A stretch of DNA of 64,000 nt from positions 503,936,001 to 504,000,000 of the forward strand of contig NC_091287.1 of assembly GCF_032444005.1 (NCBI RefSeq), given 5' to 3'. Numbering within the stretch: the stretch's first letter is position 1; each line of letters opens with the position of its first letter. Under the pieces are notes generated by a model. It was given only the letters and a program-made list of their open reading frames with translations, was not told the DNA's origin and searched no databases. Below, one piece after another: positions 1 to 12,063 of the stretch. The position numbers were made by a program, and so were the translations under genes. This stretch comes from Ranitomeya imitator. Its lineage: Eukaryota.

Positions 1-1386
1 ATAATCCCGCATAGCAGTATGCTCTGGCACTGACAGATTGAACAAACGACCTTTAGGAAATTTACTGCCTGGAATTAAATTTATAGCACAATCGCAATCC
101 CTGTGAGGAGGAAGCGAACTGAGCTTAGGCTCCTCAAAAACATCCCGATAGTCAGACAAAAACACAGGAATCTCAGAAGGAGTAGATGAAGCGATAGAAA
201 TCGGAGGTGCATCATCATGAACCCCCTGACAACCCCAGCTTAACACAGACATTGATTTCCAGTCAAGGACTGGATTATGAGTTTGTAACCATGGCAGACC
301 AAGCACTAGGACATCATGCAAATTATACAGTACCAGGAAGCGAATCACCTCCTGATGAACAGGAGTCATACGCATGGTCACTTGTGTCCAGTACTGAGGT
401 TTATTCATAGCCAAAGGTGTAGAATCAATTCCCTTCAAAGGAATAGGGACTTCCAGAGGCTCCAAACTAAACCCACAGCGATTGGCAAATGACCAATCCA
501 TAAGACTCAGGGCAGCGCCTGAATCCACATAGGCATCGACGGAAATGGATGATAATGAACAAATCAGAGTCACAGACAGAATGAACTTAGACTGTAAAGT
601 ACTAATGGCAACAGACTTATCAACCTTTTTTGTGCGTTTAGAGCATGCTGATATAACATGAGCTGAATCACCACAATAAAAGCACAACCCATTTTTCCGC
701 CTATAATTTTGCCGTTCACTTCTGGACTGAATTCTATCACATTGCATTATCTCAGGTGACTGTTCAGACGACACCGCCAAATGATGCACAGGTTTGCGCT
801 CCCGTAAACGCCGATCAATCTGAATAGCCATAGTCATAGACTCATTCAGACCAGTAGGCGCAGGGAACCCCACCATAACATCTTTAATGGCCTCAGAAAG
901 GCCATCTCTGAACTTTGCAGCCAGGGCGCACTCATTCCACTGAGTAAACACCGACCACTTCCGAAATTTTTGACAATAAATTTCTGCTTCATCTTGCCCC
1001 TGAGAGAGGGCCAACAAAGCTTTTTCAGCCTGAATCTCTTGGTTAGGTTCCTCATAGAGCAAACCCAATGCCAGAAAAAACGCATCCGCATTAAGCAACG
1101 CAGGGTCCCCTGGTGCCAATGCAAATGCCCAATCCTGAGGGTCACCCCGCAGGAAAGATATAATAATCTTGACTTGCTGAGCAGGGTCTCCAGAGGAGCG
1201 AGATTTCAAAGAAAGAAACAACTTGCAATTGTTCCTAAAATTCAGAAAACGAGATCTATCTCCAGAAAAAAACTCTGGGACAGGAATTCTAGGTTCAGAC
1301 ATAGGAGCATGTACAACAAAATCCTGTATATTTTGAACCTTAGCGGCAAGATTATTCAGGCTGGAAGCCAAACTCTGGACGTCCAT
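1..1386 (-). CDS. Ty3/Gypsy gag-protease-(pol) polyprotein, 5' part; ORF runs off the left window edge
   Basis: Hand translation from ATG at 1386 is open for 462 codons to position 1: MDVQSLASSLNN..., CCHC knuckle CFYCGDSAHVISAC, protease VDSGA and LGLPWLQTHNPVLDW, pre-RT motif LPPHRDCDCAINLIPG. Probably absent from the ORF track because no stop lies in the window. Confidence 0.9.
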   Translation of the reverse strand, partial: MDVQSLASSLNNLAAKVQNIQDFVVHAPMSEPRIPVPEFFSGDRSRFLNFRNNCKLFLSLKSRSSGDPAQQVKIIISFLRGDPQDWAFALAPGDPALLNADAFFLALGLLYEEPNQEIQAEKALLALSQGQDEAEIYCQKFRKWSVFTQWNECALAAKFRDGLSEAIKDVMVGFPAPTGLNESMTMAIQIDRRLRERKPVHHLAVSSEQSPEIMQCDRIQSRSERQNYRRKNGLCFYCGDSAHVISACSKRTKKVDKSVAISTLQSKFILSVTLICSLSSISVDAYVDSGAALSLMDWSFANRCGFSLEPLEVPIPLKGIDSTPLAMNKPQYWTQVTMRMTPVHQEVIRFLVLYNLHDVLVLGLPWLQTHNPVLDWKSMSVLSWGCQGVHDDAPPISIASSTPSEIPVFLSDYRDVFEEPKLSSLPPHRDCDCAINLIPGSKFPKGRLFNLSVPEHTAMRDY

Positions 1387-1574
1387 GATAAACAGCTGGG
1401 ATCAGAGCCATTCAAAGATTAAGAGGAGGAGGAAGTAGCCAGGCTGCAATAAGGCTAGGCAGCAAACTCTGAGGGAAAGAGAAAGAAAAAAATAAAAATA
1501 AAAAAAAAACTTCCTCAGACTACTTATCCTCCTACTTCAGCCAATACAATTAACACTTTGTGGGCCGGTTATAC

Positions 1575-2315
1575 TGTCATGATCCCAATGGCAGGGGATC
1601 ACAAAAGGACAAGCACAGATACAAACAAGCTCTAGGGCGATGGAACCTGAGCTGACCGCGACCCTGAACCTAACACACAAATAAAAGTAGCCGGGGAACG
1701 TGCCTACGATGATCCTAGACGTCTCGCTCCAGCCGAAGATCTAACTTCCCCTATTAGAAGAAACACAGACCTCTCTTGCCTCCAGAGAAATACCCCACAG
1801 AAATAGCAGCCCCCCACATATAATGACGGTGAAATGAGAGGAAAGCACATACACAGTATGAAAACAGTTTCAGCAAAATGAGGCCCGCTAAAGCTAGATA
1901 GCAGAGGATACAAAAGTGAACTGCGCGGTCAGCGAAAAACCCTTCAAAAAACCATCCTGAAATTACTTGAACTCATGTGCCAACTCATGGTACATGAGGA
2001 GCAATTTCAGCCCACTAGAGCAACCAGCAGCAAAGAATCAAATCTCTGCAGGCTGGACTAAAAACCAAATAAAGCAAAACACCAAAACAGGAAAATCCAA
2101 ACTTAGCTTGACCAGAAGGTTCTAGGAGCAGGGAGCAGAGGTAACAAGACACACTGGATACATTGATAACCGGCGAGGAAATGCCAGCAAAGCCAGGTTA
2201 AATAGGAAACTCCCATATCCTGATGGAACAGGTGGAACCCAGAGACCCAGGAAAGACAAGTCACCCAGTACCATCAGCAACCACCAGAGGGAGCCCAAAA
2301 ACAGAACTCACAACA
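1575..2315 (-). mobile_element. 5' LTR of the Gypsy element
   Basis: TG...CA termini (TGTCATGA...TCACAACA on +), directly upstream of gag on the minus strand; shares a block (TTGCCTC..GAGAAATACCCC..GCAGCCCCCCACATATAATGAC) with the solo LTR at 54626-55429. Confidence 0.85.
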
Positions 2316-2665
2316 GTATACCCCTTCTCACATGTAAAGCGCCATGGAATAAATGGCGCTATAATAATAAATAATAATAAGGACTTCACCTAGAGACGCC
2401 ACTGATGAGTCAGTGTGTTACCTGTACACTGACACTATACACTGTGTACACAGGACCTCTGTATATAGTATAATGTCACTGGTGATCACTGTATTACCTG
2501 TACACTGACACTATATACAGAGGTCCCCTCCTCCCTGCTTCTGTACCTGTTCGTGCCTTGTTTTTTGCTCATGTTTATTGTATTTGTCTATATTTGCCCC
2601 CTTTTTACATGTAAAGCGCCATGGAATAAATGGCGCTATAAAAATGTATAATAATAATAATAATA
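2316..2665 (+). mobile_element. Two L2 LINE 3'-end remnants (~2316-2380 and ~2520-2665)
   Basis: TGTAAAGCGCCATGGAATAAATGGCGCTATA followed by (AAT)n, the same terminus as the L2 copy at 47751-48815. Confidence 0.7.
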
Positions 2666-4326
2666 TACAGAGCTCCTGTGTATAATGTCACTGGTATTCA
2701 CTGTATTTCCTGTACCAGGACACTGCATACTAAGTACAGATCTCCTGTGTATAATGGCACTTATGGTGATATTAGTATTGTGTTTTTTTTTTATTAATGA
2801 TCAGTATTGTAATATTCAGCCACTATGTGGTGGTAATATGCTGTCTGGCCATGGTGTGGCAGTATTTGTTCCTTGGGTGTGCTGTTATTTGGTCACTATG
2901 TGGTGGTAATATGTTGTCCGGTCATGGTGTGGCGCTATTTGTTCCTTGTATGTGCTATTATTTGGTCACTATTTGGTGGTAATATGTGTTCTGGACATGG
3001 TGTGGTGGTATTTGTTCCTTGTATGTGGTATTCTTGGTTACATGTGGTGGTAATATGTGGTCTGTACATGGTGCGGCGGTATTTGTAAATTGGATGTGAT
3101 ATTAGCCGGTCACTGTGGTTGTAAAATGAGATCTGGTCATGGTGCAAAGGTATTTGTCTCTTGTATGTGATATTATTGGTCATTTTAAAAATTGAAAAAT
3201 AAATAAAAATATACCTAAATTGTGTTGCATATTTTAACAAATGTTTAATAGGTTAGAGTAGAGCAGGGCACGGCCAAAAGAGTCTACCTTGTTGTGGTGG
3301 TGGTTTGAAAAATCTTTTGGCCAAAACTAAAGCTGCTGGCTATGTATGTGATCTGGTGATGGGAACTGTAAGGCTATGTTCACACCTTGCGTCGGGTCCC
3401 TGCGGGTTCTCCCGCAGCGGATTTCATAAATCTGCAGGGCAAAACAACTACGGTTCTCCCTGCAGATTTATCGCGGTTTGTTCCGCGTTTTCCGCTGCGG
3501 GTTTCCGCCTATACTATTGATGCTGCATATGCAGCAATATGCAGCATCAATAGTAATGTTAAAAATAATAAAAATTGGTTATACTCACCCTCTGATGTCC
3601 GGATCTCCTGGGCGCTGCACCCGGCGGTCCGGTTCCTAAGATGCTGTGGGAGAAGGACCCTTCGTGACGTCACGGTCATGTGACCGCGACGTCACCGCAG
3701 GTCCTGGTCGCACAGCAACTCTGACCGGACGGCCGCGTGCAGCGCCCAGGAGCTCCGGACATCAGAGGGTGAGTATAACCAGATTTTTTATTTTTTAACC
3801 CTAAATATGGTTCCCAGGGCCTGGAGGAGAGTCTCCTCTCCTCCACCCCGGGTACCACCCGCACATTATCCGCTTACTTCCCGCAACGTGGGCACAGCCC
3901 CATGCGGGAAGTAAGCGGTTCAATGCATTCCTATGGGTGCAGAATCGCAGCGATTCTGCACAAAGAAGTGACATGCTGCGGGTTGTAAACCGCTGCGTTC
4001 CCGCGCGGTTTTTCCCTCAGCATGTGCACAGCGGTTTGCGGTTTCCATAGGGTTTACATGTTACTGTAAACGCTATGGAAACTGCTGCGGACCCGCAGCA
4101 TCAAAATCGCGGCGGTTCCGCGGTAAAAACCGCTAAGTGTGAATATAGCCTTAATGTGTGATTGTGAGGACGTGGTGCAGTTGTGGAGTTTTTCTATGAG
4201 TGGGCAGTGGGACTGTGGAAGGTTCGAGAGGTGGAGGCGGGGATGAGGTGGAGCCTGGGCAGAGCCTCAAGCGGGCCCTGAAAATATTGCCAGTATGGGG
4301 CCCCGAAATTCCTAGTGGCAGCCCTG
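2395..4326. mobile_element. Old non-autonomous hAT-like element (right end ...CCTAGTGGCAGCCCTG), interrupted by a Harbinger-type MITE
   Basis: Internal GGTCACTATGTGGTGGTAATATG repeats and a terminus shared with the element at 19255-19979/33740-34350; left end not found. Confidence 0.55.
3372..4150. mobile_element. PIF/Harbinger-type MITE
   Basis: TIR GGCTATGTTCACAC / GTGTGAATATAGCC, flanked by TAA and TTA; palindromic body. Confidence 0.8.
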
Positions 4327-4617
4327 ATCATATGTACTCAAGAATAGTGAATAAACCAAAAATAAAAAATGTATATAAAATATAGAATTTTTATTTGATC
4401 ATAATATTAAAATATAAAGGACATTAAAAGGGGAAACAAAGTGACCAAATATGCCGAAACCACTGCACACAGATAATTATATTGCGCACAAAGACTAAAT
4501 AACATGATCATACATTTTCAAACCCCATATAAATAGCCTGTAGAATAACTATAAATGAATACAGCAAACATGTATATATGAAAAAGGCATAGATAAATGG
4601 GGAAATGAGTAGAATAA

Positions 4618-5385
4618 GGGTACCGTCACACTATACCATTTCGATCGCTACGACGGTACGATTCGTGACGTTCCAGCGATATAGTTACGATATCGCTGTG
4701 TCTGACACGCAGCAGCGATCAGGGATCCTGCTGAGAATCGTACGTCGTAGCAGATCGTTTAGAACTTTCTTTCATCGCTGGATCTCCCGCTGTCATCGCT
4801 AGATCGGTGTGTGTGACACCGATTTAGCGATCTAGCGATGCGATCCAGCGATGCGTTCGCTTGTAACCAGGGTAAACATCGGGTTACTAAGCGCAGGGCC
4901 GCGCTTAGTAACCCGATGTTTACCCTGGTTACAAGCGTAAAACTAAAAAAAAAACAAACGGCACATACTTACATTCTGGTGTCCGTCAGGTCCCTTGCCG
5001 TCTGCTTCCCGCACTGTGACTGACGGCCGTAAAGTGAAAGCAGAGCACAGCGGCTGTGCTTTCACTTTCACTTTACGGCCGGCAGTCAGTGAGTGCGGGA
5101 AGCAGACGGCAAGGGACCTGACGGACACCAGAATGTAAGTATGTGCTGTTTGTTTTTTTTTAGTTTTACGCTTGTAACCAGGGTAAACATCGGGTTACTA
5201 AGCGCGGTCCTGCGCTTAGTTACCCGATGTTTACCCTGGTTACCCAGGGACCTCGGCATCGTTGGTCGCTGGAGAGCTGTCTGTGTGACAGCTCCCCAGC
5301 GACCACACTACGATTTACCTACGATCACGGCCAGGTCATATCGCTGGTCGTGATCGTAGGTAAATCGTATAGTGTGACGGTACCC
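4618..5385. mobile_element. PIF/Harbinger-type MITE
   Basis: TIR GGGTACCGTCACAC / GTGTGACGGTACCC, TSD TAA on both sides; near-perfect internal palindrome. Confidence 0.85.
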
Positions 5386-5921
5386 TAACATATACCAGTG
5401 GTCCGTACCCCGTGGCTCCTGTGACTGCATGTTTAGCATATTTAGCACTTAGTAGACCTCCTTTGGCCCTTTTGACTAGTTGCAATCATTATGCATAGCC
5501 AAACACCAGCTTCTGGCAGCATATCTGTGGAATCTTAGCCCATTCCTCATGGGCAATGGCCTCCAGTTCAGTAATTTTCTTGGGTTTGTATGTTGCAATG
5601 GCCTTCTAAGAATTCCAGATAAGATTTTTCTATATGGTTCAAGACAGGCACCTGTGACGGCCACTCCAGAATCTTACAAGACTTCAAGACCAAACCGTGG
5701 TGAATGATTATTGAGGTGTACTTGGGATAATGGTCCTACTGAAAGGTCCAATGATGCCCAAGCTTCAGCTTCCTCACAGAAGGTATGATATTTTCTCCTA
5801 GGATTTAATGATACTTGATTGAATTCATTTTGCCCTCCAGAAGTTCCAGTCTTACAATGTTAAAGGAAGCAAAGCAGCCCCAGAACATCGCTAACCCACT
5901 GTCATGTTTAACTGTAGACAT

Positions 5922-8002
5922 TGTGAAAGGGAGAGCCAGGCCCGTAGTCATGGCTGAGAATGTCTGGTTAGGCGCACCCTGGCCTCTTGCCACATATAAA
6001 CAATGTCCCTTTCCTCGCATACCTTCTGCTGCACCCTCTGCACCGTCAGGGTCCCATTGGGGCTGCTGAAGCTCGGTTGCTGGAGTTGTTGAGCACAAAG
6101 AGACAGAGTCCTTTTCAACCTTTAAACAAAGAACTTTACTTGGTTCCAATCGCAGCACATCCACATCAGTTTCAGCATCAACACAGAGTATGACATTGTT
6201 CACGTCCTGTACTTTCCCTGTGTCTTCACTTATTCCTCCCAGGATGTCCACTGGACGTACCAACCAGTTCGGTACTGCAGCGTCCTCCCTGTTCAGCATG
6301 ACTGCTCTTAGGACTCCCTCAGCTCTTTCGCACCAGACAGAAGGGTGTCTGCCCACGTAGAAAGCTGCCGCATTTTGGAGCGACCTATATCTTTATCCTG
6401 CTGCAATTCTTTAGCTGCAACTTGCTGGCCCACTGGCATTGGATGGCTGGGCCCTTTTCTTTAACATTGCGTAGCTGCTGCACTGTCCCGGGCTCTTAAG
6501 CCCTTTGGGATGCCTGGGGTTCCCTGGCTCCTCTGAGCTGTACCAGCTCCTTGGCTTCACCAACCGAAAAGCTGTAAATCCTCCTATCTTATCACAGCTG
6601 ACTCCTCCTATTAGTTAACTATTTACTATAACTCTATGTACCTTTCTCTATAGTATTCTAACATGGCCCCTTCTAGTGGCTGAACTGTATACTTGTAATG
6701 ACCAGAGGTCCGAATATGATCCAGTGAGTCACAAACCAAGACCAAGGCGGAAATCTCCAACGGTATTTACTCAAAGGCAAAATAATCAAGGTAATATGGA
6801 GAATATTAAGGCAGGTGCACCCCAAAGATACACTAGCTCAGCAGCAGCTGAAATCACTGTGCCACTCCAAGGTCTCCTGAGAACTGTATACTACAACAGA
6901 CTAGTAAGAAATTTACCTAACAGGCAACTAAAAACAGGAACAAGTGTAAATTGAATGTAGTGTTATTAAGGGAGCCCCTGGAATGGCACATTGAGTATAA
7001 CTTACACAACTCTAATATAAGATACACCTCTAAAGTAACAACTTAACACTCTGAGCAGAGATACCCGGGTATCTATAACTATGGTACCGTATCCTGAGAT
7101 AGATTTCCTCTCAGGCAGGAATCCGCACAGGCTGTAGCCAGTCCATATCTTCAGCGCCAATAAGTTACAGCAAGCTCCTCTTGTCTTGTCGGCCGATGCC
7201 GAGCCCAAACGCCGGGGACTTAGTTAGTGGTCTCACGATGTTGTCTCTGCTTCTGTAGCTCCTAGGAATGGTTCCACGACAATCCGTCCGTCTCTGTATC
7301 AGCCGTCTGTCCAGACTTGTTTCTCCACTCAATGCACAGGGAATCCACAGACTTCCAAATTCGTACTGGGTTCTTAGTAAAGTCTCAGTCTTTTCTTAGA
7401 TAAGGTTAGCTCTTCTCCAGGGGAAACGTTAGCAACACAAGTCTCTCATAGAGTTAAACAAAAGGTTAGCTCTTCTCCAGGGGAACGTTAGCAACAAAAA
7501 GTCTCTCAAAAGCTTCTTTTCCTCCAAAAACACTTGCAGTAAATCCACACACAGTCTCTTTTTTTTTAAGATCTCACAGCAGCTTCTCCTTTGCTTCCCG
7601 CCTTTTTCTCTCTCAGCTCTCACTTCCTAGTTTCACTTCACACACGAGACACTGGACCCCACCCCCCAGCACACATTGTCTCTGGGAGTTTTGCACTGTC
7701 TGTCTTCTGCTGCAACAGGCAAAAACCACAGGGTCCTAGTGCCCTCTCAGTGGGACTACAGTTCACCCTCTTACATACTATGCCAAGTGTGCTAATTAGA
7801 GTACTGCACTTTCCCTATAACACATCATATAACACAATAGAAATATATACACTTAGCAGCATGGAAGACACAACACACACACACAAGCAAGACACCAAAA
7901 GGATAGTGCCAAGGACATTAAATCATTTCTGCAATACAAGTGTAAAACATTAACCATTAGAACGTGTGTGAGAGAACAAGACAGTCTTTGTAACCCCTTA
8001 CA
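5922..8002. mobile_element. Probable long solo LTR (~2.1 kb) inserted in the Tc1 transposase
   Basis: TGTGAAAGGG...CCCCTTACA termini interrupting the Tc1 sequence; flanks ACAT/ACAC (one mismatch); short internal duplication at ~7405-7510. Confidence 0.5.
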
Positions 8003-8899
8003 ACACCACCGTGTCATCAACATGTTTCTCTGTAGGCAGCTTATTTTTTACATCTTATGCTTGTTTCTTCTCTAGACATACAAGTGATTCAAAGGTCTGA
8101 AACGTTCCAGTTTTATTTAATCGCTTCACAAAACGGAATCCCCAAACTTTTGTGGCTTATTTATATGGCTTTGAGCATGTTGGAGGTGACTTTTATTGTG
8201 CTTTTGTGTCAATAGGGGGGTATGTCTTAGAGTTCGGGCATGGAGACCATCAGCATTTACTATGCACATTGCTTGCGAACTGAAACCTCAGTGTCTGCTG
8301 CTACTAGATCCTGCCGCAGATCTTTTGCAGTCACTCAAGATTGCAACTGGTAATAGATTCTTCTTTCTACCACATCCATGTCATTAAGCCTGTGTTCCTG
8401 TAACTTTGATCTTTTGAACTCTACTTCCATCTGTATCTCTAGGAACATTCACTTTTTTTTGCGCAAGGCAATGATCCATTTTCTTATCTTTTCGGGCCAC
8501 TTTCTGGTCATCCCAAGAATATTAGTGAACTGGAGACAGGGCCGGACTGGCCATAGGGCACTTCTGGCAAATACCAGAAGGACCGGTGCCAGTAGTGGGC
8601 CGCTGCACTTTTTCCCCCCCTCCCCCTGCCAGTGCCGCCGCCACATTCAACTATACCGGCGTCTATGACGTCGGTATAGTTCAATGCAATGATGGAGGAG
8701 AGAGCGTCCGCTGACGCTCCCTCTCCCATCATTCCCCGCTCTGCCTCTGACACTTTGGGTGCGCGATGACGTCATATCATCGCGCACCTGCTGTGTCCCG
8801 GGCAGACTGCAGCCGCCGAGACAGGAGACAGGAGCAGCGCGGGCAAGAGGAAAGGTGAGGAGAGTGTTTTTTTTTTTTTTTAACTGGACTGTGGAGCCA

Positions 8900-9253
8900 T
8901 GAGATGTGGGTTGTGCTGAATATACCACTGTGTTGGCTGTGCTGTGTATATACCACTGTGTGGGCTGTGCTGTGTATATACCACTGCTGTGCTGTGTATA
9001 TACGACTGTGTGGGCTGTGCTGTGTATATACCACTGTGTGGGCTGTGCTGTGTATATACCACTGTGTGGGCTGTGCTGTGTATATACCACTGTGTGGGCT
9101 GTGCTGTGTATACTACTACGCGGGCTGTGCTGTATATACTACTACGCGGGCTGTGCTGTATATACTACTACGCGGGCTGTGCTGTATACTACTACACGGG
9201 CTGTGCTGTATACTACTACACGGGCTGTGCTATATTATGCAGGCAGTGCTATA
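8900..9253. repeat. Minisatellite (28-bp GTGTGGGCTGTGCTGTGTATATACCACT, then ~24-26-bp units); related degenerate array at 12093-13100
   Basis: Visible tandem units; source of the spurious Cys/Tyr-rich ORFs. Confidence 0.9.
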
Positions 9254-9344
9254 AATCCTACACGAGACCAAAAAAGGAGTATATGTCCCACTCAATTAAA
9301 CCTTGTTTAAATATTTTATTAATAAATACACAATATACACAGTA

Positions 9345-9608
9345 GGGGCAGCACGGTGGCGCAGTGGATAGCACAGCAGCCTTGCAGCGCTATCTAATCC
9401 CACCCAGGACAACATCTGCAAAGAGTTTGTATGTTCTCTGTGTTTGCGTGGGTTTCCTCCGAGCACTCCGGTTTCCTCCCACATTCCAAAGACATACTGA
9501 TAGGGATTCTAGATTGTGAGCCCCATTGGGGACAGTGATGATGTGTGCAAAACTGTAAAGCGCTGCGGAATATGTTAGCGCTATATAAAAATAAAGATTA
9601 TTATTATT
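9345..9608 (+). mobile_element. tRNA-derived SINE (V-domain-like, L2-type tail), nested in the PLE
   Basis: A-box TGGCGCAGTGG, central GGTTTCCTCCGAGCACTCCGGTTTCCTCCCACA, (ATT)n tail, AGTA on both sides. Confidence 0.8.
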
Positions 9609-9939
9609 AGTAACAAATCAATACAAAACAGACATGAAAAAGCTCAGACAGCAACTCATGTGGAAAAAGAGCGACACAACTGGAATACCAGACTGAGTCA
9701 GTGAGCAGACCTAACAGGCATATAGTCCAGATTGACCAATATCCATTAAAACAAGTAAAGCCCCATAATACGGCTGGATATTTGGTGAATACATAACAAC
9801 CTCTATGCACAGACATCAGTGAACAGTTCCCTAGTCTCTGATACTAAATTAAGCATGGTGCAAGAGAAAAATCAACGGACCCCTTTAAAGGACGCTCAGC
9901 TTACCCATAATAAAATCCGTCAGTGTGCGCTCCACAGCA

Positions 9940-9977
9940 GCCCCAACGCGCGTTTCGCGTTGCCTTCTTCCGGGGGC
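9940..9977 (-). ncRNA. Minimal Type I hammerhead ribozyme-like motif (degenerate core)
   Basis: Minus strand GCCCC-CGGAAGA-AG-GCAACGC-GAAA-CGCGCG-UU-GGGGC: 5-bp stem I, short stem II, palindromic stem III ACGCGCGU; core has U4G and a GUU cleavage triplet. Confidence 0.6.
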
Positions 9978-11057
9978 TGTATGTGTGTGTCATTCCCATA
10001 TGCTTATATGACCCTCAAGCAGCTGTTCCCACTCCTAATCATCCTTGCCCAGCACTTGCGCACTAAGATGTATTGCGCGATCTTGCGGCCGTAAAGCGAT
10101 ATCCGCGAATGCGCATTGAGGTACCAATAGCCGATTGTGTATCCAGGCAACGGCACAATGTTGGTATGCCGCTGCCTAACAGATACCACAGCACATGCGC
10201 CATGCAACGTACCCTCCAAGATGCATCGCCGCAGACCGCACACATGACAGAGCGGGCGAGGGGAAATCCCCATGACGTCATATCGCCCACCTGACATTAT
10301 GGAGGCCCACAGGGATGCACCAGGATACATCCACAGCGGACATGCGCACATGCTGAGAGGTAAATACAGTGGGATGAACATAAAGGGAGAAGAGGAAAAG
10401 GAGAGCGAAAAGGACCAACTAATCAAAAAAATTTGTTTTTCCCCCCAATTAGAGAAAAGAGGTAGGGGAAAAGGAAAAATAAAAATAAAAGAAAAAAAGA
10501 GGAACCCTATATAATACAATATCGTGAAAATATGAGAATATAATATATAAAACAGAGAAAGGCAACATCTCATGTCTTCCAATCAATTAAAGTGAAAAGT
10601 GCAAAAAGTGACCAATATCACGAATATATTTATAAAATAGTCTGATAATTAATAATATCTATATAAATCCCCTAAACATATAAGTCAAAGACATCAGTAC
10701 AATAGTGACATATATAATAATCTTAGTGTACATAGTCATTGGTTATCCTTATTTAGAGTTCCTCGATTCATTTACTTCATCCAAATCCCATTCATAAATG
10801 TCCCGCAGATCCAATGTGAAAGAGACTCAGAATTTGCCATGGACCATTCCTCCAAACCTCCCTCCAAGACGGGAAAAGCAGCTCCAAGGAACTTCTGCAT
10901 ACGGGAAGTCGACCACAAGATGGTAAGGAATGATGCACAAATAACTACATAAAGTGACAAAAGACACACATAATTAAAAACCAAGACCCAAAAAACAGAC
11001 CTAACCAAAGGACCACAAACACAGGAACAGCTATTACAATGTTTATTCAGTACTCCT

Positions 11058-12063
11058 TCAGAGAAATGCCGAAAAACTCAGTTGTTCATTAAGGCCCATT
11101 GGGACCATAGTGCCCAATGTTGTAATCCACCGGCACTCTAATTGGGCCAGCGTCCTCTTCAAATCACCACCTCTAATACCACCTCTCACTCGGTCAATCC
11201 CGATTACTTGAAGGTCTTTTGGGTTACATCCATGATATGATTTAAAGTGGCGTGGAATCGTTTTTAGAGTGGTGCAATCCTCAATCCCCGCGGCTGCCTG
11301 GATGTCTCTGACATGCTCACGGGTACGTACCCGGATCTCACGTGAAGTTAATCCGATATAATTTAAATTACAGGTACATCTGGCCAAATATATCACGAAG
11401 GTAGTACTACATGATATATAGTCTGTGATTTTAAAATTTCTCCGGCCATCTGAGGAGGAGAAGGAAACTGCCCTAGTGTGGTTCCGACATGCCATGCAAT
11501 CACCACATGGATAAAATCCCCACTTACGTTTTCCTGCTCCGAACCACTCAGGTGTTTTAGCCACATAATGGCTACAGACCAAGATGTCCTTCAGATTCTT
11601 GCCCCTCCTCGCCGTCATGAGGGGTGAATCCGAAAGACATCTTGCTAAACTTGGTTCCGTCATCAAAATAGGCCAGTGCCTCTTTAAAATTTCATACATC
11701 TTCCCCCATTGATGGTTAAAGGTAGAAATATACCGTATCCCCGAATTCTCGTTTGTCCGTTTTTCTTGGATTTAATAAGTCACATCTTTTCGATTTCCTG
11801 GCACGGGTGAGTCCAGATTTAATACTCCTCTTACTATATCCACGTGCCAGGAATCTCTCCCCAAGGTCCAAGGATTGTCTCTCAAATGCCTCATCCGTAT
11901 TGCAAATCCTCCTCATACGGAGAAATTGTCCAGTAGGAATAGCTCTGATAGTTGAGCTAGTATGGGAGGATGATGCATGGAGGAGGGAATTGACAGACGT
12001 CTCTTTCCTAAATACATCGGTGTTGTTGGATCCGTCCTCCTGGACCAGCAAACTAATATCCAA
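11058..12063 (-). pseudogene. PLE RT thumb (11716-12063) and GIY-YIG endonuclease (11058-11699), frameshifted near 11730
   Basis: TDVFRKETSVNSLLHASSSH...IPTGQFLRMRRIC; PCGDCMAC; VIYLARCTCNLNYIGLTSREIRVRTREH; WITTLGTMVPMGLNE. Confidence 0.85.

Noticed and set aside
5805-6356. 183-aa ORF
   Set aside because: Chimera of LTR sequence and the Tc1 remnant; only the last ~40 aa are transposase-like.
8647-9345. Cys/Tyr-rich and YTQHSPH ORFs (similar ones at 12162-12983, 51839-52270, 55948-56265, 56738-57138)
   Set aside because: Translations of minisatellites, open in several frames at once.
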